Positions 20,115 through 32,957 of a DNA stretch of 64,000 nucleotides are shown here, in pieces; position 1 is the first letter of the stretch, and each line of letters starts with the position of its first letter. Under the pieces are notes generated by a model. The model was not told where the DNA came from. It did no database searches and saw only the letters and a list, made by a program, of their open reading frames with translations. This DNA is from Thermoplasmatota archaeon (lineage in GTDB: Archaea > Thermoplasmatota > Thermoplasmata > Thermoplasmatales > Thermoplasmataceae): the NCBI GenBank assembly GCA_023484105.1, contig JAMDBD010000029.1, positions 56,716 through 120,715 on the forward strand, in the 5' to 3' direction. The position numbers were made by a program, and so were the translations under genes.

Positions 20115-21597
20115 TAATCCTTCCCTCCACGAACTCTCTTCCCAGGCCAAAAAGAAAATATCCAAGCCGGGGCCCTTTCTGCTTGTTTATCAGAATCCTG
20201 TAAATGACAGAAAAGCCATTCTCCTGGTCTATGCCGGATTTCTTTATAGATTCATGTATGCAGTTGTGTATCCCTTCCGGGATCCATTCTGTCTCTGCAA
20301 GCCCCTCTTTCAACATCTGGAGAAAATTTTTCTCCATTTCATTCAGTTTTACTGAGGTTCCGACCGGAGTGAGCTTAAAAAGCAGCTCTTCAGGGGCATA
20401 TTTAGCAACCCATTTTCTGGCCACTTCAATCAACTTGATAAGCCTTTCAGTGTCCTCAACTGACTTGCCTGCTATTTTCAATATCGATGAATTATCTGAG
20501 TATATCTGAACAAGAGTGACGAGGTGCCTGAAACTTATGCCAAGAGGCTTCTCTATGGTGTCACTGAGTGAACTGTATAACAGTACGCTTTCAAGGTTCT
20601 CCTCTGATACATTGTCAGTGCCAAAATAAGCCCTCTTATACTTCTCTATTTCATCAGTTATATTTAGAAGGCCAATGCCTGGATCAAAGTTGATGTGCCT
20701 TGACGGCTGGTTCTTTGACATTAGGAACCTTAGCGTTTCAGCGGGAGCGTTCTCAATGAATTCGTTGGCCGCTATGTTCACTCCTGTGGATGAATGCATC
20801 ACACCGACACCCTTCAATAAAATTCTTTCAAACATAAGTGGCTTCGGCGGGTTTATCCTGAATATTTCCGTTGCAATTCTTGCCCCTGTATCGTAGGAGC
20901 CTCCTGATGCCCCATGATCCTTACCGAACGGTTCGGTTGTTACACCCAGGGCAAACCATTTTGCAGGCCACTCAAGTCTCCACGGTAATTTGCCTCCCCC
21001 TTTTGTAACATCCACCTGACCAGAGAACCCACACCTGCACCTGTAAGTCAGAACAGGATAGGAGAGTTTCTCCACGGATGTGGTTGTTATTCTTCCGCAT
21101 GATTCGCACTCCGGGTTGAAAGGGGCCCATTCTGCAGAAAGTTCCCTACCTGATATTTCCCTGAGAATCTCCGATACCTTTCTGTAATTTTCGAATATTA
21201 TCCTGATGGCTTCTGACATAACTCCACTACTGTAAAGGGAAGAGGACCTTATCACCTCCACTTTCACGTTCAGAATGTCCAGAGTTTTCAGAAAAGGACG
21301 CAGAAAGTATTCTGAGTAGACGCCGTTTCCGTCCGGTGAAGGTATCTTATAAAGAGGCTTTCCGACATGCTGAATATAACTTTCCGGCAGGAAAGGATAG
21401 ACTTTCCTGAGTGGGTCAGCGTCGTCGCACAGATAGATGAACCTTGAGTTCTTGCCTTTCCTTAAGGATGCTTTGAAGAGTATGTCACCTGTAAGTATTT
21501 CCCTCATGTTCCCTATGTGAATAGGGCCGGAGGGGGATATTCCAGTTGATATGGTCTCGTCCGAATTGTCTTTGAAGAATGCGTCAGCCCAGTGCAT
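20101..21597 (-). CDS. lysS: Lysyl-tRNA synthetase, class I
   Basis: MHWAD...ISTGISPSGPIHIGNMREILT (HIGH-type motif), a cysteine cluster (CESCGR...CRCG), and a 498-aa length typical of archaeal class I LysRS. Confidence 0.9.
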   Translation of the reverse strand: MHWADAFFKDNSDETISTGISPSGPIHIGNMREILTGDILFKASLRKGKNSRFIYLCDDADPLRKVYPFLPESYIQHVGKPLYKIPSPDGNGVYSEYFLRPFLKTLDILNVKVEVIRSSSLYSSGVMSEAIRIIFENYRKVSEILREISGRELSAEWAPFNPECESCGRITTTSVEKLSYPVLTYRCRCGFSGQVDVTKGGGKLPWRLEWPAKWFALGVTTEPFGKDHGASGGSYDTGARIATEIFRINPPKPLMFERILLKGVGVMHSSTGVNIAANEFIENAPAETLRFLMSKNQPSRHINFDPGIGLLNITDEIEKYKRAYFGTDNVSEENLESVLLYSSLSDTIEKPLGISFRHLVTLVQIYSDNSSILKIAGKSVEDTERLIKLIEVARKWVAKYAPEELLFKLTPVGTSVKLNEMEKNFLQMLKEGLAETEWIPEGIHNCIHESIKKSGIDQENGFSVIYRILINKQKGPRLGYFLFGLGREFVEGRINDCL

Positions 21598-21607
21598 AAT
21601 GTGTCCT

Positions 21608-22207
21608 TCAGGAGTTTCCTATTACGTTTGTCCTGATTATTGATCTTATGCGCACACCGGATATCTCGTCGGTGTGAAGCTTTGAGGCAAGGACTACAAC
21701 CAGAACGACGTTTCCACCGTCGTTTCTGACATCAGCTATTGTTCTTCTGAGAGTTTCTCCTGTGCTGGCAACATCGTCTATGATCACCACCTTCTTTGAC
21801 TTCACTGAGGCAAAATTGCTGCTGAAGAATCCCTCCTGTCTTGACTGATGCGGCCTGTACACCACCAGTTCCTTCTCCATTATGTACGAAACCATTGTTG
21901 CAAACGGTATGCCATTTATAGTTATGCCGAGTATTGAATCCACATTCTTCTGAGGATCCCTTGACGTTTCCTCATCTATTATATCTGCCATTATCTGTGA
22001 TATGCTTGCAATACGGCCGCCATAAACTCCTATTGATCTCCATCCGACCCTGACGTCCTCAACCTTGGAACCCTTAAGAAATTCCTGGCTTAGAAGCCAG
22101 GTTACAGTGTTAACTGAGAGATGCAATTCGGTTGATATTTCCTTATCTGAAATTCCCTTGTTCTTCAACTCAAGAGCTCTCTTATAAAGCTCATCTATGC
22201 TTTTCAT
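21608..22207 (-). CDS. Orotate phosphoribosyltransferase-like protein (HTH plus PRTase domain, PyrE-like regulator family)
   Basis: N-terminal HTH ([21 protein letters not shown]) and PRPP-binding motif [14 protein letters not shown]. Confidence 0.75.
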   Translation of the reverse strand: MKSIDELYKRALELKNKGISDKEISTELHLSVNTVTWLLSQEFLKGSKVEDVRVGWRSIGVYGGRIASISQIMADIIDEETSRDPQKNVDSILGITINGIPFATMVSYIMEKELVVYRPHQSRQEGFFSSNFASVKSKKVVIIDDVASTGETLRRTIADVRNDGGNVVLVVVLASKLHTDEISGVRIRSIIRTNVIGNS

Positions 22208-22252
22208 GTTATCACCTCAAGATGCCAGCAGTATATATAGTGTTGATCCTTT

Positions 22253-22708
22253 TTATTCCTGTGCAACGCTTTCTCTTATCCTGGAAGATATTTCCAGCAT
22301 CTCACCATGCGTGAATTTTTTCCTTTCCCATGATATGCGTTCCCTGCAGAACCTCGGTATTAAATGAAGGTGATAGTGCATCACCCTCTGGTTGGCGCAT
22401 GGACCATTATTCTGGCTTATGTTAAGCCCGTCAGCACCCGTTGCCTTCATGAGTAGAGGCGCTATGGTTCTGGCGGTTTCCTGTATCTTCAGATAGTAGC
22501 CCTCATCTATATCAAATATATCCTGAAAGTGCCTCTTGGGTATTATCAGTATGTGACCCATTTCAACCGGGGCATGGTCGAGAAATGCCAGTACCATCTC
22601 ATCCTCAAAGATAAAATAACCGTCCCTTTGCGTGAGAATCTTCTCACAGAATACACAGCCTTTCTTCAGGAACTTTTCAGTCGGCCCCTCTCTGTTGTCC
22701 ATGTTCAT
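22253..22708 (-). CDS. HIT-family nucleotide hydrolase/transferase
   Basis: Histidine triad HYHLHLIP and an N-terminal CxxC (CVFCEK). Confidence 0.85.
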   Translation of the reverse strand: MNMDNREGPTEKFLKKGCVFCEKILTQRDGYFIFEDEMVLAFLDHAPVEMGHILIIPKRHFQDIFDIDEGYYLKIQETARTIAPLLMKATGADGLNISQNNGPCANQRVMHYHLHLIPRFCRERISWERKKFTHGEMLEISSRIRESVAQE

Positions 22709-22754
22709 GGCTCATTCATTCTCGTCTGTTATTTTCCCATTAGCTTACATAACT

Positions 22755-22817
22755 ATTTTACCATGATGATCAGTGAATTACCGCTCAATAATGGAATCTG
22801 CCTGAACCTGATAAAAT
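22755..22817 (+). ncRNA. Candidate C/D-box sRNA (speculative)
   Basis: Terminal stem atttta (22755-22760) / taaaat (22812-22817), C box ATGATGA (22763-22769) and D box CTGA (22808-22811), total 63 nt. The internal D'/C' boxes are degenerate. I found no rRNA target by eye. Confidence 0.3.
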
Positions 22818-22906
22818 AGCAAATAGCACTTTAATGCCTGTTAACTGGCCATCTGTTATTGCAGATGTGCGGCGCACTTATAAATAAGCGTTAAGCATTC
22901 GAATTT

Positions 22907-23758
22907 GTGCCAAAGGGATCTATTAAGGTCAATGAGCCACCTCCTCCTACATTGACGGTTCCGCCTGAACATTCAACAAAATATAAGGGCGTAAAACACA
23001 CCATACTTGTCATGAGCGGAAAAGGAGGGGTTGGAAAGTCAACATTCTCTGTCAATTTGGCAGTCTCTCTTGCATCTATGGGCTACAGAGTAGGATTGAT
23101 TGACGCCGACATAAATGGCCCAGATGACCCGAAGATGCTTGGCGTGTCTGAAATGAAGCTATACGCCAGAGATAACCTGATAATGCCTGTTCAGTCAAAA
23201 TACGGGGTTTCAGTGATATCTATGGGTTTTATGCTCCCAAACGAAAACACCGCCGTGATATGGAGGGGTGCATTACGTCATAAGGCCATAAAGCAGTTTC
23301 TGGAGGATGTTTACTGGGAGAACACCGACTTCGTTATTGTTGATTTTCCTCCTGGAACTGGTGATGAAGCAATTTCTGTTGCACAACTCATTCCAGAGGC
23401 GACCGATGGCGTAATAATAGTGATAACGCCGCAGGAGGTTGCCCTTCTTGACGCCAAGAAGGTTCTAAACTTTGCCGAGATGCTCAAGGTTAAGGTTATC
23501 GGGCTTGTGGAGAACATGAGCGGTTTTGTATGCCCTCACTGCGGAAATGAGGTGGACATATTTAAGAAGGGCGGTGGCGAGAGCATTGCACGGTCGAATA
23601 ATATTGACTTTCTGGGAAGGATACCAATAATACCTGAAATTGTGAATTCCTCAGATTCTGGGGTACCAGCAGTAACAACAGACAGAACAACAAAAAAGAT
23701 CTATGAGGAAATCTCCACCAAAATTGTGAAAAAACTTTCTGGAAAGCCTAAAGGATAG
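22907..23758 (+). CDS. Mrp/NBP35/ApbC-family Fe-S cluster carrier ATPase
   Basis: Deviant Walker A VMSGKGGVGKST, the motif DFPPGTGDE, and the CPHCG cluster-ligand motif. Confidence 0.9.
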   Translation: MPKGSIKVNEPPPPTLTVPPEHSTKYKGVKHTILVMSGKGGVGKSTFSVNLAVSLASMGYRVGLIDADINGPDDPKMLGVSEMKLYARDNLIMPVQSKYGVSVISMGFMLPNENTAVIWRGALRHKAIKQFLEDVYWENTDFVIVDFPPGTGDEAISVAQLIPEATDGVIIVITPQEVALLDAKKVLNFAEMLKVKVIGLVENMSGFVCPHCGNEVDIFKKGGGESIARSNNIDFLGRIPIIPEIVNSSDSGVPAVTTDRTTKKIYEEISTKIVKKLSGKPKG

Positions 23759-23813
23759 ATAAATTACTGCTGAATAATGCTACCTGTCGGCTCGCATTCG
23801 GTCACTACAGTGG

Positions 23814-24161
23814 CTATTTTAGGTTCTTGCCGATAGCCTGCATCGCCTTTTCCAGTATTGTTGATTTTTCTGGCTTCACAACAAGAAAATGAATCTTCTC
23901 TGGATTGACAGCCCTGGTGATCTTCTCAATTGTTTTTGTTTCCGGATCGAATTCAACAAGACCGATAGGTATCTTTCCCCTGGCCATATTTACAATCCAT
24001 AGTGATTCGCCCCCTTCTCCGCTGATAGTAGGGGTATAATACATCACATACTCATCATACACGTAGAGTGTGGAAATCTGTCTTATACCTATTGAATAGC
24101 TGCTTCCTGCAACTGCCAGAAGGTCCTCAAGCGTGCTGAAGATCTCGAATTCAAACTTCAT
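23814..24161 (-). CDS. Hypothetical protein (115 aa)
   Basis: ORF with plausible composition. I recognise no family. Confidence 0.45.
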   Translation of the reverse strand: MKFEFEIFSTLEDLLAVAGSSYSIGIRQISTLYVYDEYVMYYTPTISGEGGESLWIVNMARGKIPIGLVEFDPETKTIEKITRAVNPEKIHFLVVKPEKSTILEKAMQAIGKNLK

Positions 24162-24448
24162 ATGATCGCCCTACGCTAATCCCGTCGTCATCTTAAAACT
24201 TCCTAAAATTGCCCTCAATTCCCACAATATACTGCATTTTAACCTACATCTATGGGATATTTATCTTGATCCTAATAGTGTTCTTTCAAACTGGTTCCTG
24301 AAAAGTGAGGTTTTTCAAATAAAAGTTAACGCTCACACAGCCAGTATAATATCTCCCACGGGGCTTAATTCCGCAGGTTATACTGAACATTCAACTTCCA
24401 CACTTTCCTTAATTGAAAAAATAAAATGGCTCTCTGGGTAATTATCCA

Positions 24449-24460
24449 CCAGTATTGGTT
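24449..24460. repeat. 3'-flank arm of the 23S processing helix
   Basis: ccagtattggtt is the exact reverse complement of 27407-27418. The pairing extends to 13 bp. Confidence 0.75.
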
Positions 24461-24467
24461 TCGTTTA

Positions 24468-27398
<2,931 letters not shown>

Positions 27399-27406
27399 GC
27401 TCTATA

Positions 27407-27418
27407 AACCAATACTGG
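27407..27418. repeat. 5'-flank arm of the 23S processing helix
   Basis: aaccaatactgg pairs with 24449-24460. Confidence 0.75.
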
Positions 27419-28152
27419 CTTCATCGGAATTAATCCTCTTACCCTTCCCTCTCAACATTGTTGAGAAGTGCATCAAGAGAGCGTAGCAACGGGATAATTA
27501 ATGGAAATATAAGCCTTTAGTTTTTCTTGGTGGTTCTGCACTGACTTACATATCATTATAAAAATACATCACCTCTGGTGTATTCCTTATAATCTCAATC
27601 TAAGGAACGGGCCAACATATAGAAGCAGCCCGCTCTCATTGATCGGTGGTTTTACCAGTATGCTGCTTTAATGATCTGCTAGTTGGTACATTTAACCTGT
27701 CTCTGGTTCTTTGTGCCAATCCGTTCCGCTTTTGAACTTCACGTTGGCTTTTGGTAAAATGCTGTTAGTATATTTCCCTGATTCTAATGCTCCTGTTCAG
27801 TATGTTAGCTTTTCTTTGCAGTTTTTTGTTGCTTTGTGAGGTATATTACAGTACCATATCATAGTGAAACAAGACGAATGTTTTCATCACTTTATTGAGC
27901 TTTAACTACAGATTTTGAAGATGATTAGTATCCGATTATTATAGACAGATTAGAATGATCCGGATTAGAACTTGTCGTTCCAAACACATTAACTTCTCGA
28001 ATATCAATTAAGAGCCTAAGTTGCGATCTATGGCTTTCACTATCGCGATTACAGTAATATTATACCGTGAATTTCTTCCCATAATCTTATGAAAAGTGCC
28101 ATTTCTGAACTATCTCACTGACCCATTTGATTAAAACATAAATTAATTCGAA

Positions 28153-28779
28153 ATGGTACATGTTACTGACAAATATTTAAGAGAGGATTTCCTGTATTCA
28201 CTCACGATAAAAAATGATTCGTTTGTGCTAGGGATAGATGATTCACCGTTCAGGAAAAATATTGACAGAACTGCACGCTTGATAGGGACTCTTATGCGCC
28301 TTGGGGGAAGAATTGACGGATTCTTCATCGAGAGAATAGTTGTGGATGGGGATAACGGCACAGATGCTATCATTTCCATGTGGAAAAAGATAAGGCCCCA
28401 GAAACTTGCAGCTTTCCTTCTCGATGGCGTTACATTGGGCGGGATGAACATTGTTGATATTGAGAAGCTATACTCTGAAACTTCTGTTCCAGTCATTTGC
28501 GTAACGAAAAGGGAGCCTTCAATAGAAAGTATGAAGGAAGTTGTAAGAAAACATTTTCCTGACAATAATTACAAGATGAGGACTCTTTCTGAGCTCACAG
28601 TGGATACTATTGAACTGAGGAACAGAAGAAAATTATTCTGCAATTTGAAGGGGATAGATCCTATTGAGGCAAGAACCATACTGGAACGACAGTGCACACT
28701 TAACCTAATCCCCGATGCGGTGAGGATTTCTCACCTGCTTGGTGAGTCTGTGAAGTTTGGTTCCTCTAAGAGAAGGTGA
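28153..28779 (+). CDS. UPF0215 / DUF99-family protein
   Basis: VLGIDDSPF...LIGTLMRLGGRIDGFFIERIVVDGDNGTDAII...AFLLDGVTLGGMNIVDIEKLY...VPVICVTKREP matches my memory of the DUF99 pattern. Confidence 0.65.
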   Translation: MVHVTDKYLREDFLYSLTIKNDSFVLGIDDSPFRKNIDRTARLIGTLMRLGGRIDGFFIERIVVDGDNGTDAIISMWKKIRPQKLAAFLLDGVTLGGMNIVDIEKLYSETSVPVICVTKREPSIESMKEVVRKHFPDNNYKMRTLSELTVDTIELRNRRKLFCNLKGIDPIEARTILERQCTLNLIPDAVRISHLLGESVKFGSSKRR

Positions 28780-28785
28780 AATTGT

Positions 28786-29142
28786 TTATTCCTGATACAT
28801 TAGAGGTTCAAGCTGATCCGTTGCGCTCTGTCTTATCTTGTCTAGGTTCTTCATTATATCGTCGAACTTTTCGTATTCAACGGGTATGTATTTAAGCTTT
28901 CCCTGGGACATGAAATATGATCCAGGACAAAGACTCCCTTCCTTTACTATTATAGCGTCGGCCTTAAGTGTAAGGATTGCAGCCATTGCTCTTTCCTTTC
29001 CACCATGGGTGGCCCCGAAACCTGGATTCTCATATTCCTTTATCTGCTTTGTACCGTCATCTATCAGCATTATCGAATTACCGTACTCGAGCGGTGCTAT
29101 GTAATTTTCCTCATCTACAACAGCAACTATTTTCATAAACAC
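28786..29142 (-). CDS. NifB/NifX-like (dinitrogenase FeMo-cofactor biosynthesis fold) small protein
   Basis: MKIVAVVDEEN...IMLIDDGTKQIKEYEN...HGG...ADAIIVKEGSLCPG resembles the DUF/NifX-NifB C-terminal family. Confidence 0.45.
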   Translation of the reverse strand: MFMKIVAVVDEENYIAPLEYGNSIMLIDDGTKQIKEYENPGFGATHGGKERAMAAILTLKADAIIVKEGSLCPGSYFMSQGKLKYIPVEYEKFDDIMKNLDKIRQSATDQLEPLMYQE

Positions 29143-29262
29143 ACATTCCTATTTGGTAATAAAAGTTAATCCACAGAATTTAGCTACAATTTGATTTATT
29201 TTAATACACATGGTCATAATTCCTAGTGTTTCACTGTCATATCAAAATGCTGTTGGCCCAGA

Positions 29263-30279
29263 TCAGAAATACCCATGATATTCCACTTCAAACTTAGGAA
29301 TTTTTATGGCACTGCCTGTGTGAACAACCCCGATTTCCCTGACTGAAACTTTATTTCTGAGTGTAGAAAGCATATCTCTCTTGCTTTCAGGATCTATGAT
29401 GACAACAAATCCGATGCCCATATTGAATATCTCGTACATCTCCTCATAATTGAGGTTGCCAAGCTTCATGATCTCCTTGAATATACCCTGTGGATCCGGA
29501 GGATTTTCTATGACATAATCCATCTCCTTCAGTCTGGATATATTTCTAAGGCCGCCGCCGGTTATGTTTGCCATCCCCTTTATCTCGACTATGTTGAGTA
29601 TATCCATTATTTCCCTGACGTAAATCCTGGTCGGTTCCAGAAGTACCTCCCCCCAGGTTTTATCCTCACCCGGAAAACGGTCATGAATTTTGATTTCGTT
29701 TTCCTTCATTATTCTTCTAATAGTTGTGAATCCGTTTGAATGAACTCCGCTGCTTCCGAGTGAAAATATCAGATCGCCATCAGCGATTTTCTCCCCTGTT
29801 ATTATCTGGTTCTTCTGAACAATACCGAATACTGTTCCCGCCATATCAAGATGCGAAACCAGATCAGGAACCACAGAGGTTTCACCACCAACTATTGTGA
29901 TGTTAGCCATCTGCGCGCCCACATTGAGACCGCTTCCCAGCTGCCTGGCGATTTCAGGATCTATCCGGTTCAGTTCTATGTAATCCACCATGGCAATGGG
30001 CTCAGCACCGACTGTTATCGTATCGTTGACGTTCATGGCAATGCAGTCAATGCCCAATGTGTCGAATTTCTTCATTTCCTCAGCGATTATAGACTTTGTG
30101 CCGACATTGTCCGTGTTAAGTGCCACAGCCAGATTGCCAAGATCGATCAGTGATGTGAATCCTCCGAATGATCCTATTGTGTGAAAGTCGTCTCTCTTGT
30201 ACTTTAACTGCCTGATCAGATTGCTAATGAATTCGCCCTGATTCTGTCTCACTTTTGTATCCTGCGAATTTCTGGGCAT
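29263..30279 (-). CDS. purM: Phosphoribosylformylglycinamidine cyclo-ligase (AIR synthetase)
   Basis: GGFTSLIDLG..., LALNTDNVGTKSIIAEEM and DTLGIDCIAMNVNDTITVGAEPIAMVDYI are PurM hallmarks. Confidence 0.9.
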   Translation of the reverse strand: MPRNSQDTKVRQNQGEFISNLIRQLKYKRDDFHTIGSFGGFTSLIDLGNLAVALNTDNVGTKSIIAEEMKKFDTLGIDCIAMNVNDTITVGAEPIAMVDYIELNRIDPEIARQLGSGLNVGAQMANITIVGGETSVVPDLVSHLDMAGTVFGIVQKNQIITGEKIADGDLIFSLGSSGVHSNGFTTIRRIMKENEIKIHDRFPGEDKTWGEVLLEPTRIYVREIMDILNIVEIKGMANITGGGLRNISRLKEMDYVIENPPDPQGIFKEIMKLGNLNYEEMYEIFNMGIGFVVIIDPESKRDMLSTLRNKVSVREIGVVHTGSAIKIPKFEVEYHGYF

Positions 30280-30730
30280 GTTGCTACTATATTACCACTA
30301 CCATTTTATAAATTTCCCAATTTTTTTCAAAGTTGCTAAAATTTTCAAGAATTATTCAAAGCCATTTTTAATGCTGGAATGAGCTGCTTGAGTAAATCCA
30401 GTTGGCTATGAATTCCATGAGTGGCACATTTTTAAGTGGGTTTCTAAGGATTCACAACAGTTTTCATCATTTCATTGTGTAATTGCGTTATGATAATTGA
30501 GAACCATTTTCATAATTCCAGTTAGATTGTTTCCGGGTATTCACACCCCGAGGGGGAGGTAGAAAGGAGAAGGAGCTGCTACGATAACAGTATATCCGCC
30601 ACTGCCGATCCAATAAAGAGGCTTAATCATTCCATTTTTAATTTCATTATTGGTTGTAATTTACGAAAGTTATTGTGATCTCGGACAAACAGTTAAATAA
30701 CATCTATTATATGCAGATTAAGGTGATTAA

Positions 30731-31162
30731 TTGGTAAAATTAGAATCTCTTGACTACAAGCCAAAGCCTATAGACGAAAATTTTCTGGATGACGCTGAGA
30801 AGTACCCTGTAACTGGAAAGCACCACGATCATGATGTTAGGGCTGCCGGTATCCAGAGAACAGATGCTACAGGAAAACCATATCCAACCAAAAACGGAAT
30901 CCATGGAACAAAGGTTGCCATTGACTGGGAATCTTGTATAGCAGACGGTGCATGTATGGACGTCTGCCCTGTAAGTCTTTATGAGTGGGAACTTAACCCT
31001 GGTCAGATGGGGACAGGAAATGATAAGGACATCAGTGGAGATAAGGAGCTTTATGATAAATACAGGACTGACAAATGTGATCCTGTCAGGGAGAGCGAGT
31101 GCATATTCTGCATGGCCTGTGAAAGCGTATGCCCTACCAGAGCGATAAAGATAACCCCATAA
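30731..31162 (+). CDS. Zinc-containing di-cluster ferredoxin (Thermoplasma/Sulfolobus type)
   Basis: TTG start followed by VKLESLDYKPKPIDENF...GIHGTKVAIDWESCIADGACMDVCPV...KCDPVRESECIFCMACESVCPTRAIKITP. This is near-collinear with my memory of the T. acidophilum ferredoxin protein sequence. Confidence 0.9.
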   Translation: MVKLESLDYKPKPIDENFLDDAEKYPVTGKHHDHDVRAAGIQRTDATGKPYPTKNGIHGTKVAIDWESCIADGACMDVCPVSLYEWELNPGQMGTGNDKDISGDKELYDKYRTDKCDPVRESECIFCMACESVCPTRAIKITP

Positions 31163-31164
31163 AG

Positions 31165-32058
31165 ATGGTGATAAAAGACTATAAAATAGGTTTCATAGGT
31201 CTAGGAAGAATGGGTAGAGAGATTCTACCCAAAATTAATGACAGATACAGGGTCCATTTTGTTTATAACAGGAGCCCTGAAAAATACAGATATATTGATA
31301 AACTTGATACAGAGACAGCTGAATCCCCAGAGGAAATTTCAAAAAACTGCAATTTGATTTTCCTGTCCCTTACCGATACAGAAGCAGTAAAATCGGTTAT
31401 TTTTGGTAAAAGTGGCCTTATTTCGAATTTGAGAGGGGGGACCGTTATAATTGATATGAGTACAATCTCTCATAAGGGTTCAACAGAGATTAATGAGGAG
31501 ATTGTTAAGTCAGGTGCACACTACATGGACTGCCCGGTGATTGGAAGTGTTGCGGCGGCCAGAAACTCATCGCTGACTATGGTATGCGGTGGTGACAAGT
31601 CCATTCTTGAGGGGCTGAAACCTGTTTTCAGTACATTCTGCAGTAAAATTTTCCTCATGGGGCCTCATGGAAACGGGCTAAAGATGAAACTCATCAACAA
31701 CATCGTGATGGGATTAAACATGATTTCCGCTGCCATTGGTGTCAGCCTCGGTGGTTCCGCTGGTTTTTCTCCAGAAACTGTTTCTGAGATACTTCTCAGC
31801 GGAGGGGCTTCATCAAAAATCCTGGATCTGAAGAGAGACAAGATTGTTAGAGGAGACTTTTCTCCTGAGTTCTCTCTGGAGCACCAGTTGAAGGATATCA
31901 GATACGGTATTGAGTTAATGAATAACTTCGCTCTGGAACTGAAGCTTGTGGAAGATGCAGAAAACCTCTTTGCGAGTGCATGCACTGAAGGTTTCTGTTC
32001 TCTGGATGAATCCGCCATATACCAGTATCTCCGGAGACTGGCATCAGTTGAAAGGTAG
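31165..32058 (+). CDS. NAD(P)-dependent beta-hydroxyacid dehydrogenase (3-hydroxyisobutyrate / 6-phosphogluconate dehydrogenase-like)
   Basis: Rossmann motif KIGFIGLGRMG. ATG at 31165 lies just after the ferredoxin stop. The tracked start at 31129 overlaps the ferredoxin gene and adds no homologous residues. Confidence 0.8.
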   Translation: MVIKDYKIGFIGLGRMGREILPKINDRYRVHFVYNRSPEKYRYIDKLDTETAESPEEISKNCNLIFLSLTDTEAVKSVIFGKSGLISNLRGGTVIIDMSTISHKGSTEINEEIVKSGAHYMDCPVIGSVAAARNSSLTMVCGGDKSILEGLKPVFSTFCSKIFLMGPHGNGLKMKLINNIVMGLNMISAAIGVSLGGSAGFSPETVSEILLSGGASSKILDLKRDKIVRGDFSPEFSLEHQLKDIRYGIELMNNFALELKLVEDAENLFASACTEGFCSLDESAIYQYLRRLASVER

Positions 32059-32062
32059 GCCG

Positions 32063-32785
32063 GTGGGAAATATCGATCCTTATTACTTTGTAATACCTTT
32101 TCTTGTCTCCCTGCCCATTCTGGCCATATCTGCTCTCTTGGATATTCAGTCCAGGCAGGTGAATTCCTTCATATTCATCCCGGTTGTTGCTGTTGGAGCC
32201 TTATTCTCTTATGAAGATGGGCTCTCATGGATTGTTATCGCCTCATGGGTGATTATCTTTCTGTGTGCTTTTATTCCAGCAGGTACGGTTTATTACCCAC
32301 TTGCCGGTATCATTTTCCTTGTGTCATCCATACTTCTTTTCTACGGAGATCAGCTTGCACTGTTCGATTCCATAATGGTAGCCATTTTCTTCATGCTCGG
32401 AGTTGGAGAGAGATATTTCGGGATTGCTGATGTGAAAGCGCTCATAGCCCTCTCCCTATCATTTCCGTTTTCATACGGAATCGGTTATCCTATCTTTTCT
32501 CTTATGAGCTATATATTCATTCCTGTACCTTTTCTGCTGGTGCTTAACTCCTCCGTTTTAGGCATGTTATTCATCCCATATGTCTATCTCCTGAACATAA
32601 GAAATGGAAACCGTAGTGGCGGTTACAGGTTATATGCTGTCAAATATAGAGAAGATCTTGAAAAACGCGAGCCTCTGAAATACAAGGTATCCAGTTACAA
32701 AGGTGAAAAGATACTGATTTACAGGGCCCCGTTTACGGCCGTAATCCTCCTCTCCTTCATAATTGCAATACTTACTGGAGTATGA
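32063..32785 (+). CDS. A24-family (prepilin/preflagellin peptidase-like) membrane aspartyl protease
   Basis: Polytopic protein. First candidate Asp is in ALLDIQSRQV and the second is in FGIADVKALIAL (GxGDxK-like). GTG at 32063 follows the upstream stop directly. Confidence 0.55.
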   Translation: MGNIDPYYFVIPFLVSLPILAISALLDIQSRQVNSFIFIPVVAVGALFSYEDGLSWIVIASWVIIFLCAFIPAGTVYYPLAGIIFLVSSILLFYGDQLALFDSIMVAIFFMLGVGERYFGIADVKALIALSLSFPFSYGIGYPIFSLMSYIFIPVPFLLVLNSSVLGMLFIPYVYLLNIRNGNRSGGYRLYAVKYREDLEKREPLKYKVSSYKGEKILIYRAPFTAVILLSFIIAILTGV

Positions 32786-32957
32786 CGTTGCAGAACTTTT
32801 CCTGGTATACTTTGAAACTTAAATGCTCCAAAAATTTTGTAAAAACTGTACGATTAAACCTGCTTTAAAATTTTATGTCAGTGCCAGTAAGGAATGGCTG
32901 AATAAATTTAATCCGCTGGTTATTATTCCACCTGTGAACTGCTCTGAGGAAGATTGA

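Noticed and set aside
31129-32062. The long tracked starts for the dehydrogenase (31129) and the A24 peptidase-like gene (31946)
   Set aside because: The extra N-terminal residues overlap the preceding genes in another frame and carry no homologous sequence. The Rossmann motif and the first TM helix begin right after the shorter starts (31165 and 32063).
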